Shown: one piece after another, positions 24,740 through 37,700 of the stretch
How positions within the stretch are numbered: position 1 is the stretch's first letter
How the letters are laid out: each line of letters begins with the position of its first letter
Assembly (NCBI RefSeq): GCF_018350175.1
Contig: NC_058368.1
Location: 199,270,001-199,334,000, forward strand
Length of the DNA: 64,000 nucleotides
Direction of reading: 5' to 3'
DNA from: Felis catus
Lineage: Eukaryota
The notes under the pieces: generated by a model
The model's database searches: none
Told to the model about the DNA's origin: nothing
What the model saw: the letters and a program-made list of their open reading frames with translations, nothing else
Position numbers and translations under genes: made by a program

Positions 24740-26194
24740 AGGAGGGGCAGAGAGAGAGAGAGGGAGAGAGAGAGGAAGAGAGAGAGAGAATGCCCAATGT
24801 GGGGCTCAAACTCACAAACTGTGAGATCGTGACCTGAGCTGAAACCAAGAGTCAGTCGCTCAACTGACTAAGCCACCCAGGCAACCCCTCCCATGCTACA
24901 GTATTAATGCAGTGTAATGATCTCTTTCTCCAGAATGTAAAGCAAGTTCTATGTGGACAAGGATCATACCTGTTTTTACTGATAATTTTCCCAGCACCTA
25001 GCCAAGGCCCTGACACATAATAGGCACCAAAGAATGCATAGAATGAATGAATTAGTGAATGAATGAATGAATAAATGAATGAAGCTAACTGGAACTGTAA
25101 AAATATGGGAAATGGGGGCGTACATTTTCTCTGTTATTTTTGCTTAGACAAAGGTTGTACAAATTATTTTTAATGTGATTGTTCTCTCACAAATCTTATT
25201 GGTTTCTAATATTTCATCTTTGATCAAATGCCATTTCCTGAAGATGGTGGTAGGATGTTGGGGGTTGAGGCCCATGTTGTTGGCAAGAGGCCTGAAACCA
25301 TAAATCTACCTTTTACTAGGCTTGCGTTAAAAAAAGAGTTTAATAACCCCTTTCATTTCCTTATTTCTCACATTTCAAATACAGGATAGAGGCCTGAAAT
25401 GAAACACAAATAATTTGCTGTGTGCATATATTGTTTTTTTCAATTGCACCCAATCTATAGATTCTACCACTAGGATTAATAGATGTCTAGGTCTAAATAC
25501 CATTTTATTATTTCATATAGAAGTATTAAAATGTGAACTGATTTTACTTTTTGCTTGAATGTCAAGCATGGTGGCCAAAAGAAACATTTAGTTTAGACTT
25601 TCTGATGGCATGTGAAATTTACAGTGGATCTGAAGTTGTCTGGTTTTAATTTTTTCCCCTTGCACATGGGTCTTCAATAAAGCATCCAGAAGAAAATAAA
25701 TTAAAACCAGACATTTCTATCAGAGGTTTCACATGCAATCGCTACAGACATGAAAAAAATTCCACCATCACTTATTGGCTACAAACTAATATTTTAAATC
25801 ACATCTTATTTTTCACTGCTAATTTAATTGAAAACCTTGAATTAATACCTTATCTTCTTAGAAAATTATCATGACATCTGGCAGGACTGCTGAGGCTTTG
25901 GCAACAAACGAAATAATTTCTACCTAGAGTGAAGAACTGCCACTTGAAATTATTTTTGAAAAACAAAGGGTACAGACAATCAAAATTCCTAAGAACTCAT
26001 TTTCCCACATACATATGATCACATGCCCCATCACAGTCTGGAGTTCCAATCCTAAATTTTCAACTGTTTATAGGTCATTCTCAAACTTAACATGTAAAGA
26101 AAACCAAACTAATTGTATTCCTTCCTTTTCTCTTACCCAAAGCATATCTATTCTTCCCATGCAGTATTGTCTATCTTGGCAAAATACCACCATC

Positions 26195-26367
26195 TTTCTT
26201 CCAATATGTGATGTTATCAACTGTAAAATACATCATTATTTTCTATACTGCTAACTACAGAAAAATGGAGCCATTAAACCATGACACATTACCAACTGTA
26301 TTATATATACTGATTTCAGAGAGTTAAAATGTGGGAAAATGCACATTTTAGAAGCAAAGAGATACAA
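26195..26367 (-). mobile_element. MER104-like (TcMar-Tc2) MITE
   Basis: 'tgatttcagagagttaaaatgtgggaaaatgcacattttagaa' matches the recalled MER104 end. Confidence 0.6.
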
Positions 26368-26739
26368 CAATTGCCTAATCTAATCTATTTTCTCTCCTTT
26401 GTTCTTAATACTAGAAACCCATTATTTACTGGTCTCTAGAAAAAAAGACCTTATTTTTCAGCCTTTGCATTGCTAAAATAGCCATGTAACAAGTTCTGGC
26501 CAATTAAACGTAAGAAAAAAGGATCATGTGACAACTTCTGGGAAATTTCCTTTAAACATAGAGAGCAGTTGTACTTCCTTTCCTCCCCCTTCTCTTTACT
26601 TACTTCTATCATCTTCCTACCTCAGTACACATGTGAAGACTCAGATCATAAAGTCAAGATCTCTATGATGAGCAAATAATGAGGTAGAAGGAGACTGGAT
26701 ACTCCAACCATCCTTTGATTCCATAAGACCTGCCGATCC

Positions 26740-27185
26740 ACTGGTTCTGCCACCATTTCTCTGGTCTTCACTTCCTTGATGAAGGCTCTCCCCACCTTAT
26801 TCAGATTAAATTCCCTGGCCAATTATCATGTTCATTTTCTTGCTTACACTCACAACTCCCTTGCCCCTCTCTCAGTATTTTTGTACTCAGCAAAACTGCC
26901 ACCTAAGTCAAGTCCAACTCTCTTTCTATCCTGCACCCACACCCATGCAGCTGAACATGACTGGGGAAAAGCACAAAACCATACTGATTTCTCTCTCTTG
27001 ACCACAAACCTCCAATTGACCCTTAACACTATTTGACAATCATATTATACTTTCCTATATTCTAGATTCATACATTCCTAACCTTGTTCATTCTCCCATT
27101 TTAGTAAATGACTCTTTCATACCTTCTCTCTCCTCAAACTACTATTACTTCTTCTCCTATTCTAAGACTTTTTCTTTTTCTTTTT

Positions 27186-27242
<57 letters not shown>

Positions 27243-29620
27243 TCTCAAGCAGACTCTATGCTCAGCTCAGAGCCTGAGGCAGGGCTGGATGCCACAACCC
27301 TGGGATCATGACCTGAGACGAAATCAAGAGTCAGATGCCCTACCAACTGAGCCACCCAGCAGCCCCTATTCTTTTCAGCTTTATTTTTTATTACACAGCC
27401 CCAAGATCAAGAGTCCCATGCTCTACCAAGTAAGTCCATCAGGCACCCCTATCCTCACTTCTTCCTGATGACTTTCCTACTTCACTGAGAAAATTGAATT
27501 AATCAGAAGAAGACTTCTTTGGACACCCACCACCATATCACTTATGAGCAGCGACACTTATGTATTACTCTGCCTTCCCCCAGTTACCACAGATGAACTA
27601 TTCATGCCCTTATATAAAGCAAATCTCTCCACTAGTGTACCAAGTCCCATCCCATCTAGAACCATCTGCTTGAGAACATTGTTCCAGTAATTCCGCTCCT
27701 TCTTTTCTATACCATAAATATTTCCCCATTTCATGAAACATTCTTCTCAGTTTATAAGCATGCTGTCCTTTCTCCCATTTTATTTTATTCTTTTTAAAAG
27801 TTTATTATTATTATTAGTAGTAGTAGTAGTAGTAATCTCTATACCCAATGTGGGCTCTTCTGACTGAGTCAGCCTTTCTCCCATTTAAAAAAATAAAACT
27901 TACCTTGACTCAATTTATCACACCAACTACTGCCCCGTTTCTTTACAGCAACAATCCTCTGAAGAGTTGTCTATATACACTGTCTCCAATTTTCCCATTC
28001 TTTGTTCAACTCACATGGGCATTCTTTCTCTCCCACTTCTTCACTGAAACTGCTCTTTCAAGGTCACCAATGTTCATGTTGCTAAAGCCAGTGATCATTT
28101 CTCAGACTTCTTGTTATTTGACCTATTATTTGGCACAATTGATTACTCAGTGCTTAATACACCCTGTTCACTTGGTTTTCTGGAACACCTTACTGTCCTG
28201 GTTTTCCTCTACTTCATTTCTATGCCCCTTCTCAAACTCCAGTGCTGGTTCCTCCTTCTTTCCCAAACTTGTTAATGTTGGAGTGCCCCAAGACTCAACC
28301 TTCAGACTTCTTTTTATCTCCCTTAACAACTTCATTCAGTCTCATGGCTTTTAAGTTTATTTATTTACTTTGAGAGAGAAAGAGTGTGCACAAGCAGGGG
28401 AGGGGCAGAGAGAAAGGAAGAGAGAGAGAGAATGCCAAGCAGGCTCCCACTCCACCCTGAGCCTGATATGGGGCTTGATTTCACAACAGCAAGATCATGA
28501 CCTGAGCTGAAATCAAGAGTTATATGCTTAACCTCAGTCTCATGGCTTTAAAATATCATCTATCTACCAACAGCAATCAAACCTTTATCTCTAGCTGAGT
28601 GTTTTCTCATGAATTGAAGACTTGTATTTCCACTTATTTACTTAATTTCCTCACTTGAATATTTAATAGATATCACAAATTTATCATGTCCAAAACCGAA
28701 TTTCTGATCTCCCCAAAATCTGTTCAACCTATAGACTTCTCCATCTTAACTTTGTCATTTCAGTTGTTCAAGCTAACAAAACTTTAGATTCCCCCTTCTC
28801 TCAGGAATGCTAGTTCTGAAACATGTTAGGATGTTTCTGAAAACAATTCCATACTATAGAGTGGGCACAAAAAGTCCCTATACATAAGATTCTACAACAG
28901 TCAAAGGCCTAAAAACAGCTACCAGAAACTTCTTTAGTGACTTTCAATCACTAGCACTGAATGATGTCCAGATGAACATAAGGAAAAAAAATTGTGCAGA
29001 TATTAGAGGAGCAAATGCAGGTAACTCCTCACTACCATGCTTTCAGACTTTTAACCACTTTGTATATCCCTAGTTAGAGATTCACAACATCATTGGAGTC
29101 TTCCTTAACTCCTCTCTTGCTCTCTCACCCTAAATTCCTTTGGTTCTGCTTTCAAAGTATAACTCTACTATGACCACTTCTCATAACCTCTACTGCAAGA
29201 TCCAAGCTACCATCATCTCTTGCCTAGAATGCTGTTAGCTTCTTTTAATATGTCTCCCTTCTTTGTCTTTGTCCCCTACACTGTATTCTCAACACAGCTG
29301 CCACAAGGGTCCTTTTTAAATACAAGGCAACTCATGTCACCCCCTTGCTCAGAACCCTCCAATGGGTCCTTACATTAGAGATGATCTGGTTCTACTACCT
29401 GTCTTACCTTATCTGCTATTCTTTCTTTCCTCACTCTGGTTTCTTCAGCATGCCAGGCATTTTCTCACCTTAGGGCCTTTGCATTGATTGTTCCCTCTGC
29501 CTGCAATACACTCCCCCCCCACCCCCACCGCTGACCCCCCAGATATCAACATGGCTAACTCCTTCCTCTGATAGGTCTTTGATCAAATGTCACCTTTTCA
29601 ATGAAGACTTCCCCTGACAT
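26740..29620 (+). mobile_element. Long L2 LINE remnant including reverse-transcriptase region, interrupted by SINEs
   Basis: ORF 27848-28354 contains HFFTETAL and NVGVPQDS, degenerate L2 RT motifs (HSTETAL, GVPQGS). L2 3' UTR motifs at 29100-29620. Confidence 0.85.
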
Positions 29621-29627
29621 ACATACC

Positions 29628-30140
29628 AGTCAATGTCCTGCCGGTAAACAGAAACTACCATTCCAAACAGAAGAAATTTAATTCAGGGAATTGTTTACAC
29701 AGGTGATAGAACTGCTGAAGAGCCAAACAAGGGAGATCATGAAGCAACTCAGATATCAGAATCATCAGGAGCTGCTGTCACCTCTGGGGCTAAGCAGCAC
29801 AGGAAATAAATGGTTTTCTCAAAGGTCTAAAGTGGGGGCAATCCAGTGGGATCTGATCCCAGAGCAAGGGATGCTGAGCAGAAGCTGGCACCAGGGAAGG
29901 AGAAGCAATCCAATAAGAATGGGAACAGAATCATGGAAGAAGTGCCAGAGATCACGCCCCATGCTGGAGAGGGGGGCAGATAAATATCTCAACTTGCCCT
30001 CCAGTCTTCCAGTTGTCTCCCATTAACTGAACCCACCTAAAAGCCTGAAGTCAAGAGAACCTGGAAGATGTTGTTCCTTATGAAATGGTAGAGCAGGTAA
30101 GTCAGGGAAGGAATCTAGGAGAAGCTGGTGAAAATTCAGC
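29628..30140 (-). mobile_element. Old ERVL-type LTR (LTR40/41-like)
   Basis: 'gtcaatgtcctgccggtaaacagaaac...tttaattcagggaattgtttaca...ctcccattaactgaaccca'. Related elements lie at about 43555-44230 and 63202-63690. Confidence 0.5.
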
Positions 30141-31029
30141 ATACCGCCCTATTTAAAATTGCAAGATCCCAAACCCCATATCTACCACATACTACCAGTA
30201 GCCTTTACCCTGATCTATTTTCCTATCTATCCAAATTCCTGGTTATAAGCAACATAAAGCCTATTGTGATTATAAAAAAAGAAGTTTGAATGAAAACATC
30301 GAGTAGCAAATAGAATCACAGAAAGTCGGAAGAACTGAGCTCAACTAAAAAGGGGCAGTAACATGGGAAGCTAGACAGAAAGCAGGGACAAATCTAAAGC
30401 ATGCCACAGAAACTTGCTGTGTTAAACATAGATCCACAGTTGCCTTGTGTGTCACCGGACACTAGACTCCACTACTGGAACCATGACAACTCTGTCCATG
30501 AAAACTGGGTATCACTGCTGCCACTACTGCCATCTGTCTCCATAATAGGTTCTCTGCTGCCCTGGACCCTCAGGATCAATGGCTCCCTATTCAAAATCCA
30601 GGGCAAATACGTCTGAATGCCTGAGTCTGGATATGCACATGCTTGTATCCTAGTTGCATAGCAGGCTGGGAAAGGGTACATGTTATTTTTAGGTTTCCTG
30701 GTGAGAAGCGGTCTACACTTCTCATCAATATTTATAAGGTGGTAATTTCCAAACATGCAAAGGGGATTTACATGCTAAGCAGCCAAAAAATTACAAATGT
30801 TCATGGTATATTTGTATATATCCAAAAGTCTGTAACTTTTTTCTCTTGGATACCCTTTACACTATCTCATCCTTTTAGAAAAGTACAATGCCACCTTCAA
30901 GACTCAGCTTAACAGTTCTTTCATTTAATGTCCTTCCCACCCCACCACGGGTATCTATCTATCCATCAGTCTTTCCTTTCTACCACTACTGCATTTTATA
31001 CAAATTTCTATTAAAAATAAAGGAGTAAA

Positions 31030-31450
31030 TCTTATATGCCTACTCTGTGCTGAATAATGTGCTAAGTGCTTTACATGTTTCACTGAATCTTTTTTTTTTT
31101 TAATTTATTTTGGGGGAGAGAGAGAGAGTAAGTAGGGGAGGGGCAGAGAGAGAGAGGAGAGAGAGAATCCCAAACAGGCTCCACGCTGACAGCAAAGAGC
31201 CTAACATACCTGACCTGAGCTGAAACCAGGAGTTGGACGCTTAACTGACTGAGCCACCAAGGCGCCCCATTCACTGAATCTTTAATCATCCCTACAATGT
31301 GAGTACTAATGTTTTCTTTGTGTTGCATATGAATATTGTACTTGTACAGAAGACAAAGTAACTTGAACAAGCTGATTACTGCTAGATACTGACAAAAACA
31401 AAATATGAAGCCCAGTCCATCACATCCCAGAATCCATATTTTTAACCATA
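31030..31450 (-). mobile_element. MIR split by a Can-SINE (31089-31268)
   Basis: 'gtgctaagtgctttacatg...ttaatcatccctacaa...aagtaacttgaacaag...gaagcccagtcc'; SINE TSD TTCACTGAATCTTT. Confidence 0.7.
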
Positions 31451-32584
31451 TGAGAGATACACAGCTTTTAAAATATTTGTATGTGTGTATGTATACAATG
31501 TGTATACACACACATAGAACCGAGAATGGAAAATGTTGATAATTATTGACATTGGTTAATGAGTATTTATGGGTTTATTATACTATTCTCGTATGTTTTA
31601 AATATTAAAATCTGGGGCGCCTGGGTGGTTCAGTCTGTTAAGCTTCTGACTCTTGGTTTTGGCTCAGGTCATGATCTCATGGTTCATGGATTTGAGCCCT
31701 GCGTTGGGCTCTGCACTGACAGTGTGGAGCCTCCTGGGGATTCTCTCTCTTTCTCTGTCCCTCCCCAGGTGTCTCTCTCTCTGTCTCTCAAAAAATAAAC
31801 TTTATTAAAAAAATTAAAGTTAAAATTAAAACTCATATGCACACATGTCCTAAACATTTTTTTTTTTTAACTGAAGTATTTTAAGACAAATCTTGGGACC
31901 TCCTGGGTGGCTTAGTTGGTTAATCGTCTGACTTCAGCTCAGGTCATGATCTCACTGTTGATGGGTTCAAGCCTTGCATTGGGCTTGTGCTGACAGCTCA
32001 GAGCCTGGAGCCTGCTTCAGATTCTGTGTCTCCCTCTCTTTCTCTGCCCCCCTCCCACTCACACTCTGTCTCTCTCTTTCAAAAATAAATAAACATTAAA
32101 AAAGAATTTAAAAAAAAAAGACAAACCTGGGACATCATATATTAAACTCATTAATGAGCAGAAGTTCATAGAATTCATTCTAGGATCCCACGATTAAAAT
32201 AACTCAGTTATGCTCAGTTCCTACGGAGTCGTTTCCCAGTACCAACTTGTACCCAGTACAAGGAAGCAGACTGGCCCATCTTGGGTTAGATCTCCACTCC
32301 TGCCAATCAACTGTACTAGGTGGCAGAACTCCATGGACTAGGTATGGCTGCCTTTGCCCACCCTTCAGAAAAAAACAAATTCTAAGGAAACTGTGTGACC
32401 CAGGATATCTCAACTTTTGCCTAAGAGATGTAGGTTTTATTTTTCTCCTGAACCCATAAAAGAAAATAAAGACTTTAAAATGTTTTTTGATGATGAACAC
32501 AATTGGGTTTATTGAGAAACAAGACTGACCTGTAGTTACTTGTAGATCAGATAACATTTGTCTCTGGTACATTTATTTTCCTTT

Positions 32585-34769
32585 TATTAGTTAAGATGAT
32601 GCCAATGGCTTCAACCAATAAACCCTAAATTTTTAGTGTCTTAGCAAAGGAAGAGTTTATTTCTCACGTGTCACTAACATAAAGTGTTCCCAGTCAGGCC
32701 AGGGACCTAGGCTGTATCCTCCTCAATGACCTTGGAGAACTTTGTGTTTAGTAAGTAGATAAGAAAAGATACCAGACTGGTGACGTGGAAAGGTTTTAAT
32801 CTCTCAGACTTGGAAGTGGCCCACATCACTTCTATCCACATTCCAAGGTCCATAATTCAGTCATATACTCATACTTAACTACAAGAGGAATTCTGGGGAA
32901 AGTAGTCTATCTATGTGCTTTGAAGGAAAAGGAAATGGACTTTGGTCAACACATGATGGTCTCTGCCACAGTTTACTCTTCTGGTCACTAAGTATCTCTT
33001 TTCTCTTTTTTCCTTATACAAAGAAGACACTCATACCCTTCCCGAGGAAAACAAAACGAAACAAAAAAGTTTCATGCAGACAGTGCATCCCGATGAAGTT
33101 GATATTGATGTACGAGCATGTAGCCTACCAACATGAACTAAAAAGACGAGTTTTATGTCCCCCGCTGCCATCATCCTATACATTCAAATTACGATGGTGG
33201 AATAGGGACAGATAACTGCAATCAACATTCCTATTCAGGAAAGGAAAGGATTAGAGATACACAGCAATCAACACTCTTTGCAACTTTGAAGTTTTGTTGA
33301 GCAGACATTATGAAAGTCCTTACCTTGATTAAATCCTGATTCTTCTCTCTAGTAGAAAGTCCCTTGTCTATTGTTCTCATTTTTTACTGCTTGCTCCTGA
33401 TGTACAAGTTTGGGCTTGTAACTGTGTTAATAGTTCAATTCCTTCAAAATCACAGTACATTTCTGATTTATGTTCTTTTCACTCAGTTCCATGTGTCAGT
33501 AGCTGCACCTAAAGGTCCTTTCTAGACGTAACTCTCAAGCCTCATTTATTTTTTGCTTCCTTGCCTCTTGTAGTAAATAGTGTTCCAGTTAAATGCAGCT
33601 ACTGAGTGCCCCTCACTGATTTCTTGCAAGGCAGAGATGAGATGTCCCACGGAGCTATTTCCCAATTATACAATTGTTAGCAGATACATAAATGGTTGTG
33701 TTTTAATCTACTAAATTGGGGGGTTGTTTGTGAAACAGCAATAGATAATTGTAACTGGCCAACTACCTTCAGGGCACCTGGACTTTGACTAGGAAGGCCA
33801 CACCAATAATCTGATTTTTGCCTCAGAATGAGTTGTAGTAATACTATTAAAATTTAGGCAGAAACAACAGATGTAAACTATGACTATCCTGAGCAAACTA
33901 GAACACAGCAGTTGTTTTATAGCCTTTTGTTACTCAAAACCTTTTTTTTTTTCTTTCAGTCTTCGTTCCTTTTCCAAAGAGTTTAGAAGTAGCTGACTTT
34001 TGCGATTTCTACAGGAACTAAGTTTCTGGCCTCTATCCTCTTTCATTTCCGTTTACAAACTGATTCTTTTCTGAGTACATTGGTTTCTTGTGATAGGTTG
34101 CTGAACGTAGTCGCCATTACTTTCCCATCACTTCTGCTGTTGCTAAAGATTCAGAGGCTATATGGTCTTCTTTCAAGCTATCACTGGAGATAGTTTGGCC
34201 ATGTGTTTTGCTTCTATGTAACATAATTCTCTGTGTCCAGCCCCCGATAACAGTTTCCTCACTATGTGATGTTCAACCACTAAGGCAATTTACAAATTTT
34301 CAATTGTTAATTTTGGCTGTATCCCACTCCCAATACTAAATGTGCAATGGCTCAACAATAATCAAAGTTTATTTCTCACTCACGTAAAGCCCCAAATGTG
34401 TATTCCTCGATGGGGGGCCGTTCTCCTCTTTGCAGTGTTTCTGGAATAGAGGCTAGTTCTGTCTTGTGGCTCTGCCCTTTTGATGGTAAGTTTTCAAAGT
34501 CGCCATGTTCAGAGTCAGGCTGGCAGATGGAGAAACGGCAGAAAAGATCATATGCAGGCGACTTTTATGGGCCAGGCCTGGCAACGAAGCACATCCTATT
34601 GGCTAAATACGTCCTATTAGCTGACACTCAGTCACATAATTATACCTAACTGCAAGGAAGGCAGGGAAGGATCAATGGTCTAGCTGTGTGCCCAGGGGAA
34701 AAAAAGAAAGAAAAAAAAAAAAAAGGAAGAAGAAACAACTTTTCTGAAAAGCCAGCCAATCTGCTACAC
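32585..34769 (-). mobile_element. Two-LTR MaLR (MLT1-type) relic with internal sequence and a nested plus-strand MLT1 fragment (about 33600-33755)
   Basis: Related LTRs at about 32585-32970 and 34341-34769; both have 'agtttatttctcac' and 'taact(a/g)caag..gg', and end in ctgccaca/ctgctaca. 'cccactcccaatactaaat' at 34323-34341 resembles the MaLR LTR-internal junction. Confidence 0.65.
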
Positions 34770-37700
34770 TAGGTCCCAGAAGTAACAAGATATTCTTAGT
34801 TTTCAGTTATTCACTCATTAGAAATAAAGGCAAATTTGTGGATAATATAAATGTCGGTAATCTAAAAAGCATTGTTCATCAAAACTTTGATAGGTATTTT
34901 CTCTCCGCATTTGAATATGTATGTGACTGGTATTCTTGGAATATCCCTCTCACCAAATAACATGCATTATATAGATCTCATTCTTGTAAGGCTGAGCAAC
35001 TGATAGGTTTGTAATTCAGTCACCCCTCACCAGCTCTTCCTCTGGTAACACTGGCAGACTAATCTAAAGTGTATCACTTCCTGAATCTTCTTTGGAACGA
35101 AATGTTCTATTCCAATAAACTTCCTTGTTGGTTTGCCGGCTAAATGTAAAGGAAAAATAAAACATACTTACTAGTGAGTATAGAATCAGATATCATCTGG
35201 TCCACTTTCTTTAATTTTCAATACTATGGGTGCTGGTCATTAACAGGCACAAAAAGGATATATTCAAGATATGCAAAAGAAATCAGTGCTGGGTAATAAA
35301 GAGTTCACTATACAAAAAAGAAAGAAAGAAGGAAAGAAAGAAAGAGAAAGAAGGGGAAGGGCTATAAACATTTTTATAGTTAATTCAGTTTTGAAAACTT
35401 GCTTTCAAAGTGTAATTGTCACTGCTCTGTGTAGAACGTTTAAAAATGAGGAACATGATAAAAGCTGCCAAAGGTTTTTCCAAACAGATTAGATTCGTCT
35501 TTTTAAACTCTTCAAACCTAATCACGAGAGAAGCTAGCAATTTTATTTGCCGTGCCTTCTTTTTTTTTCTCACTGCTCAGGAGTTCCACTAAAACTGTAC
35601 CTCTTTTCGGGCATTAAAGGAGTGAGCAAAAAGAGCCACTAGATTATATTACCAGAAGGAATATTAATTTCTGGAAGACATCAAGATTCCAAAGCTTGCC
35701 TTGAAATCATCAGTTAGTCACGTGGCCCAATGGCAACAATTGAGGAAAGCAGGATGGAGCTATCCCATGCCACTAAAAGGCTTAGCATACTAATGGCCCT
35801 TTGACACTAGCAGCCATTCAGAAATCAGACTTTGTCATGCTGAAGAATAGACCACTCACCCCCAACAGGAAGCATTGGAGAGGCAAACGTGACAGTAATT
35901 CCCTGTCAGATAAAACTGAGGTATTGTTTTGGATTCCATCATATGTGACAAGAATGACCCAGTCATAAATTTAAAATATTCTTTCTTTACCTGTTAGCCA
36001 CTCTATGTTAGGGCTAAGTATCTGTGACAGGTTAAGGTTAACAGTTTTGAGAATCTAGGTGTTTTTGAACAGGTCGTGAAGATTGGGATACGGCTACCTG
36101 CTGTATTTTGATAATCTAAATATTGTTAAAGATTACAGCTACTTAAGAAAAACTGATCAAGATTCAAAGTGTTTTCTACCTTTCCTTAGCTAATAGAAGC
36201 TGGAAGGTAGTGTGAGAAAATAAAGCCAAGGGGGAAATAATCTGCTTTAGAGTTATTTTTCTCTGTATTTATGCAGCTTTAAATGACCTTGTATTAACAT
36301 GCAACAAAACACTTGAAACAATTCAGTGGAAAGGCAGCATAAAAACCCAGTAATAGTCCATGGAAACTTGGGGAGGTGGGGAACTCACACATTAACACAT
36401 CAAAACTAATTTGAAGAGGATTTAATTGATCCGTGGGCTGTCAAAAGAAGACTTCAGCTGGTAAATTACAAGTGGTTGTCTGCTCATTACCTTTCTTAAA
36501 AACAGGGAGATATCACCAGTGTTTTATCTGTTTATATTTATTTATTATTTCCCACTTTCTGTATTCGGTACCTTATTTTGTCCAATTATCTTGTGTTTGA
36601 ATCATTTTTCAAAGGGGGAAATATTTATTTCAGGGAGATTATCTCTTGTTCCATGAAAGAGGAAAAAACAGGTTCAAATCAGGGAGACTTCATCAAAGAG
36701 ACTTGTAATCCCTATTGTGTCTGTGTATTCTTCCCATCGGTTTAGAGAATGTGATAAATATCTCTTTGAATCAAGCGTTGGCATTTACTTTTTCAGGCTC
36801 CAACAATTTAAATGTGGTGCAAAAATAGGATATTCAGATACAGTAATTTACTACATTGAGTTGCTTTTTTAGTGTGAAACACTACTTTTGGTTCTTTTTT
36901 AAAATGTCCCTTTTTGCTGGAAGTAGATTAATTTTTCTTCTATAATTTTAATTTTATAACACCATGTTTTGGGGGGGAAAAGAAAAATAAAATAAGATCA
37001 TTCTTTGTGACCTAACACATTTCACTGAACCCAAAAATGAATAATTGCAAAAGAAAGACAAGCCTTTTAAAGTTTCATTTAGCACTGAAAACCTTCCCCA
37101 GATCCTCAGCTCCAGTTACCTTCTCTTGCAAAAAGAGCAAAAAGATGGGTTATTTCAGAGTTTTTGAGCAGCAACTAGTTTGTAGAACTATAGAACTTAG
37201 TTCTCTTGATTGCTCAGTTATCACAAATTTTAAAACGATTAATTTTTTAAATTGTAATTCGGTTGTCCTGACCCTCTTGCCAAGTTTCCACATGGTTTTA
37301 ATTTAATGTTCCCCAACTGGTATCTTTATTACTCCATGCTTCCCTCTTATTAAGATATACAGGGTTATTAGGTTTTTATTTTCTAAACAAAAAGACTGAT
37401 ATCAGTCATGAATAGGTTGGAAATTATTAAATGCTTTATTGAAAGTTTTTCTTTTCTTAATTTCAAAGACTGTGAGGGCAGTTTTCTTAACAGGGGAGGG
37501 AAATGTATATTTTGAAGGATAACATTATCTGGAGGATAGATGCATGTTATGAATTTTGTTTTATTGTTCTGGAAGAGAGGGAAAAACACCTTATTTTAAA
37601 ATTAAATTTGATATTGTGGGTGATTTATGAAATCTGGGGCTTATTCATTTTCTAGTAAGCATCCGTAAACATTTAAAATTGTACAAAACATTTGTAATAA

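Noticed and set aside
27848..28354. Longest ORF in the track (168 aa)
   Set aside because: Degenerate L2 reverse-transcriptase remnant beginning in a SINE fragment, not a host gene.
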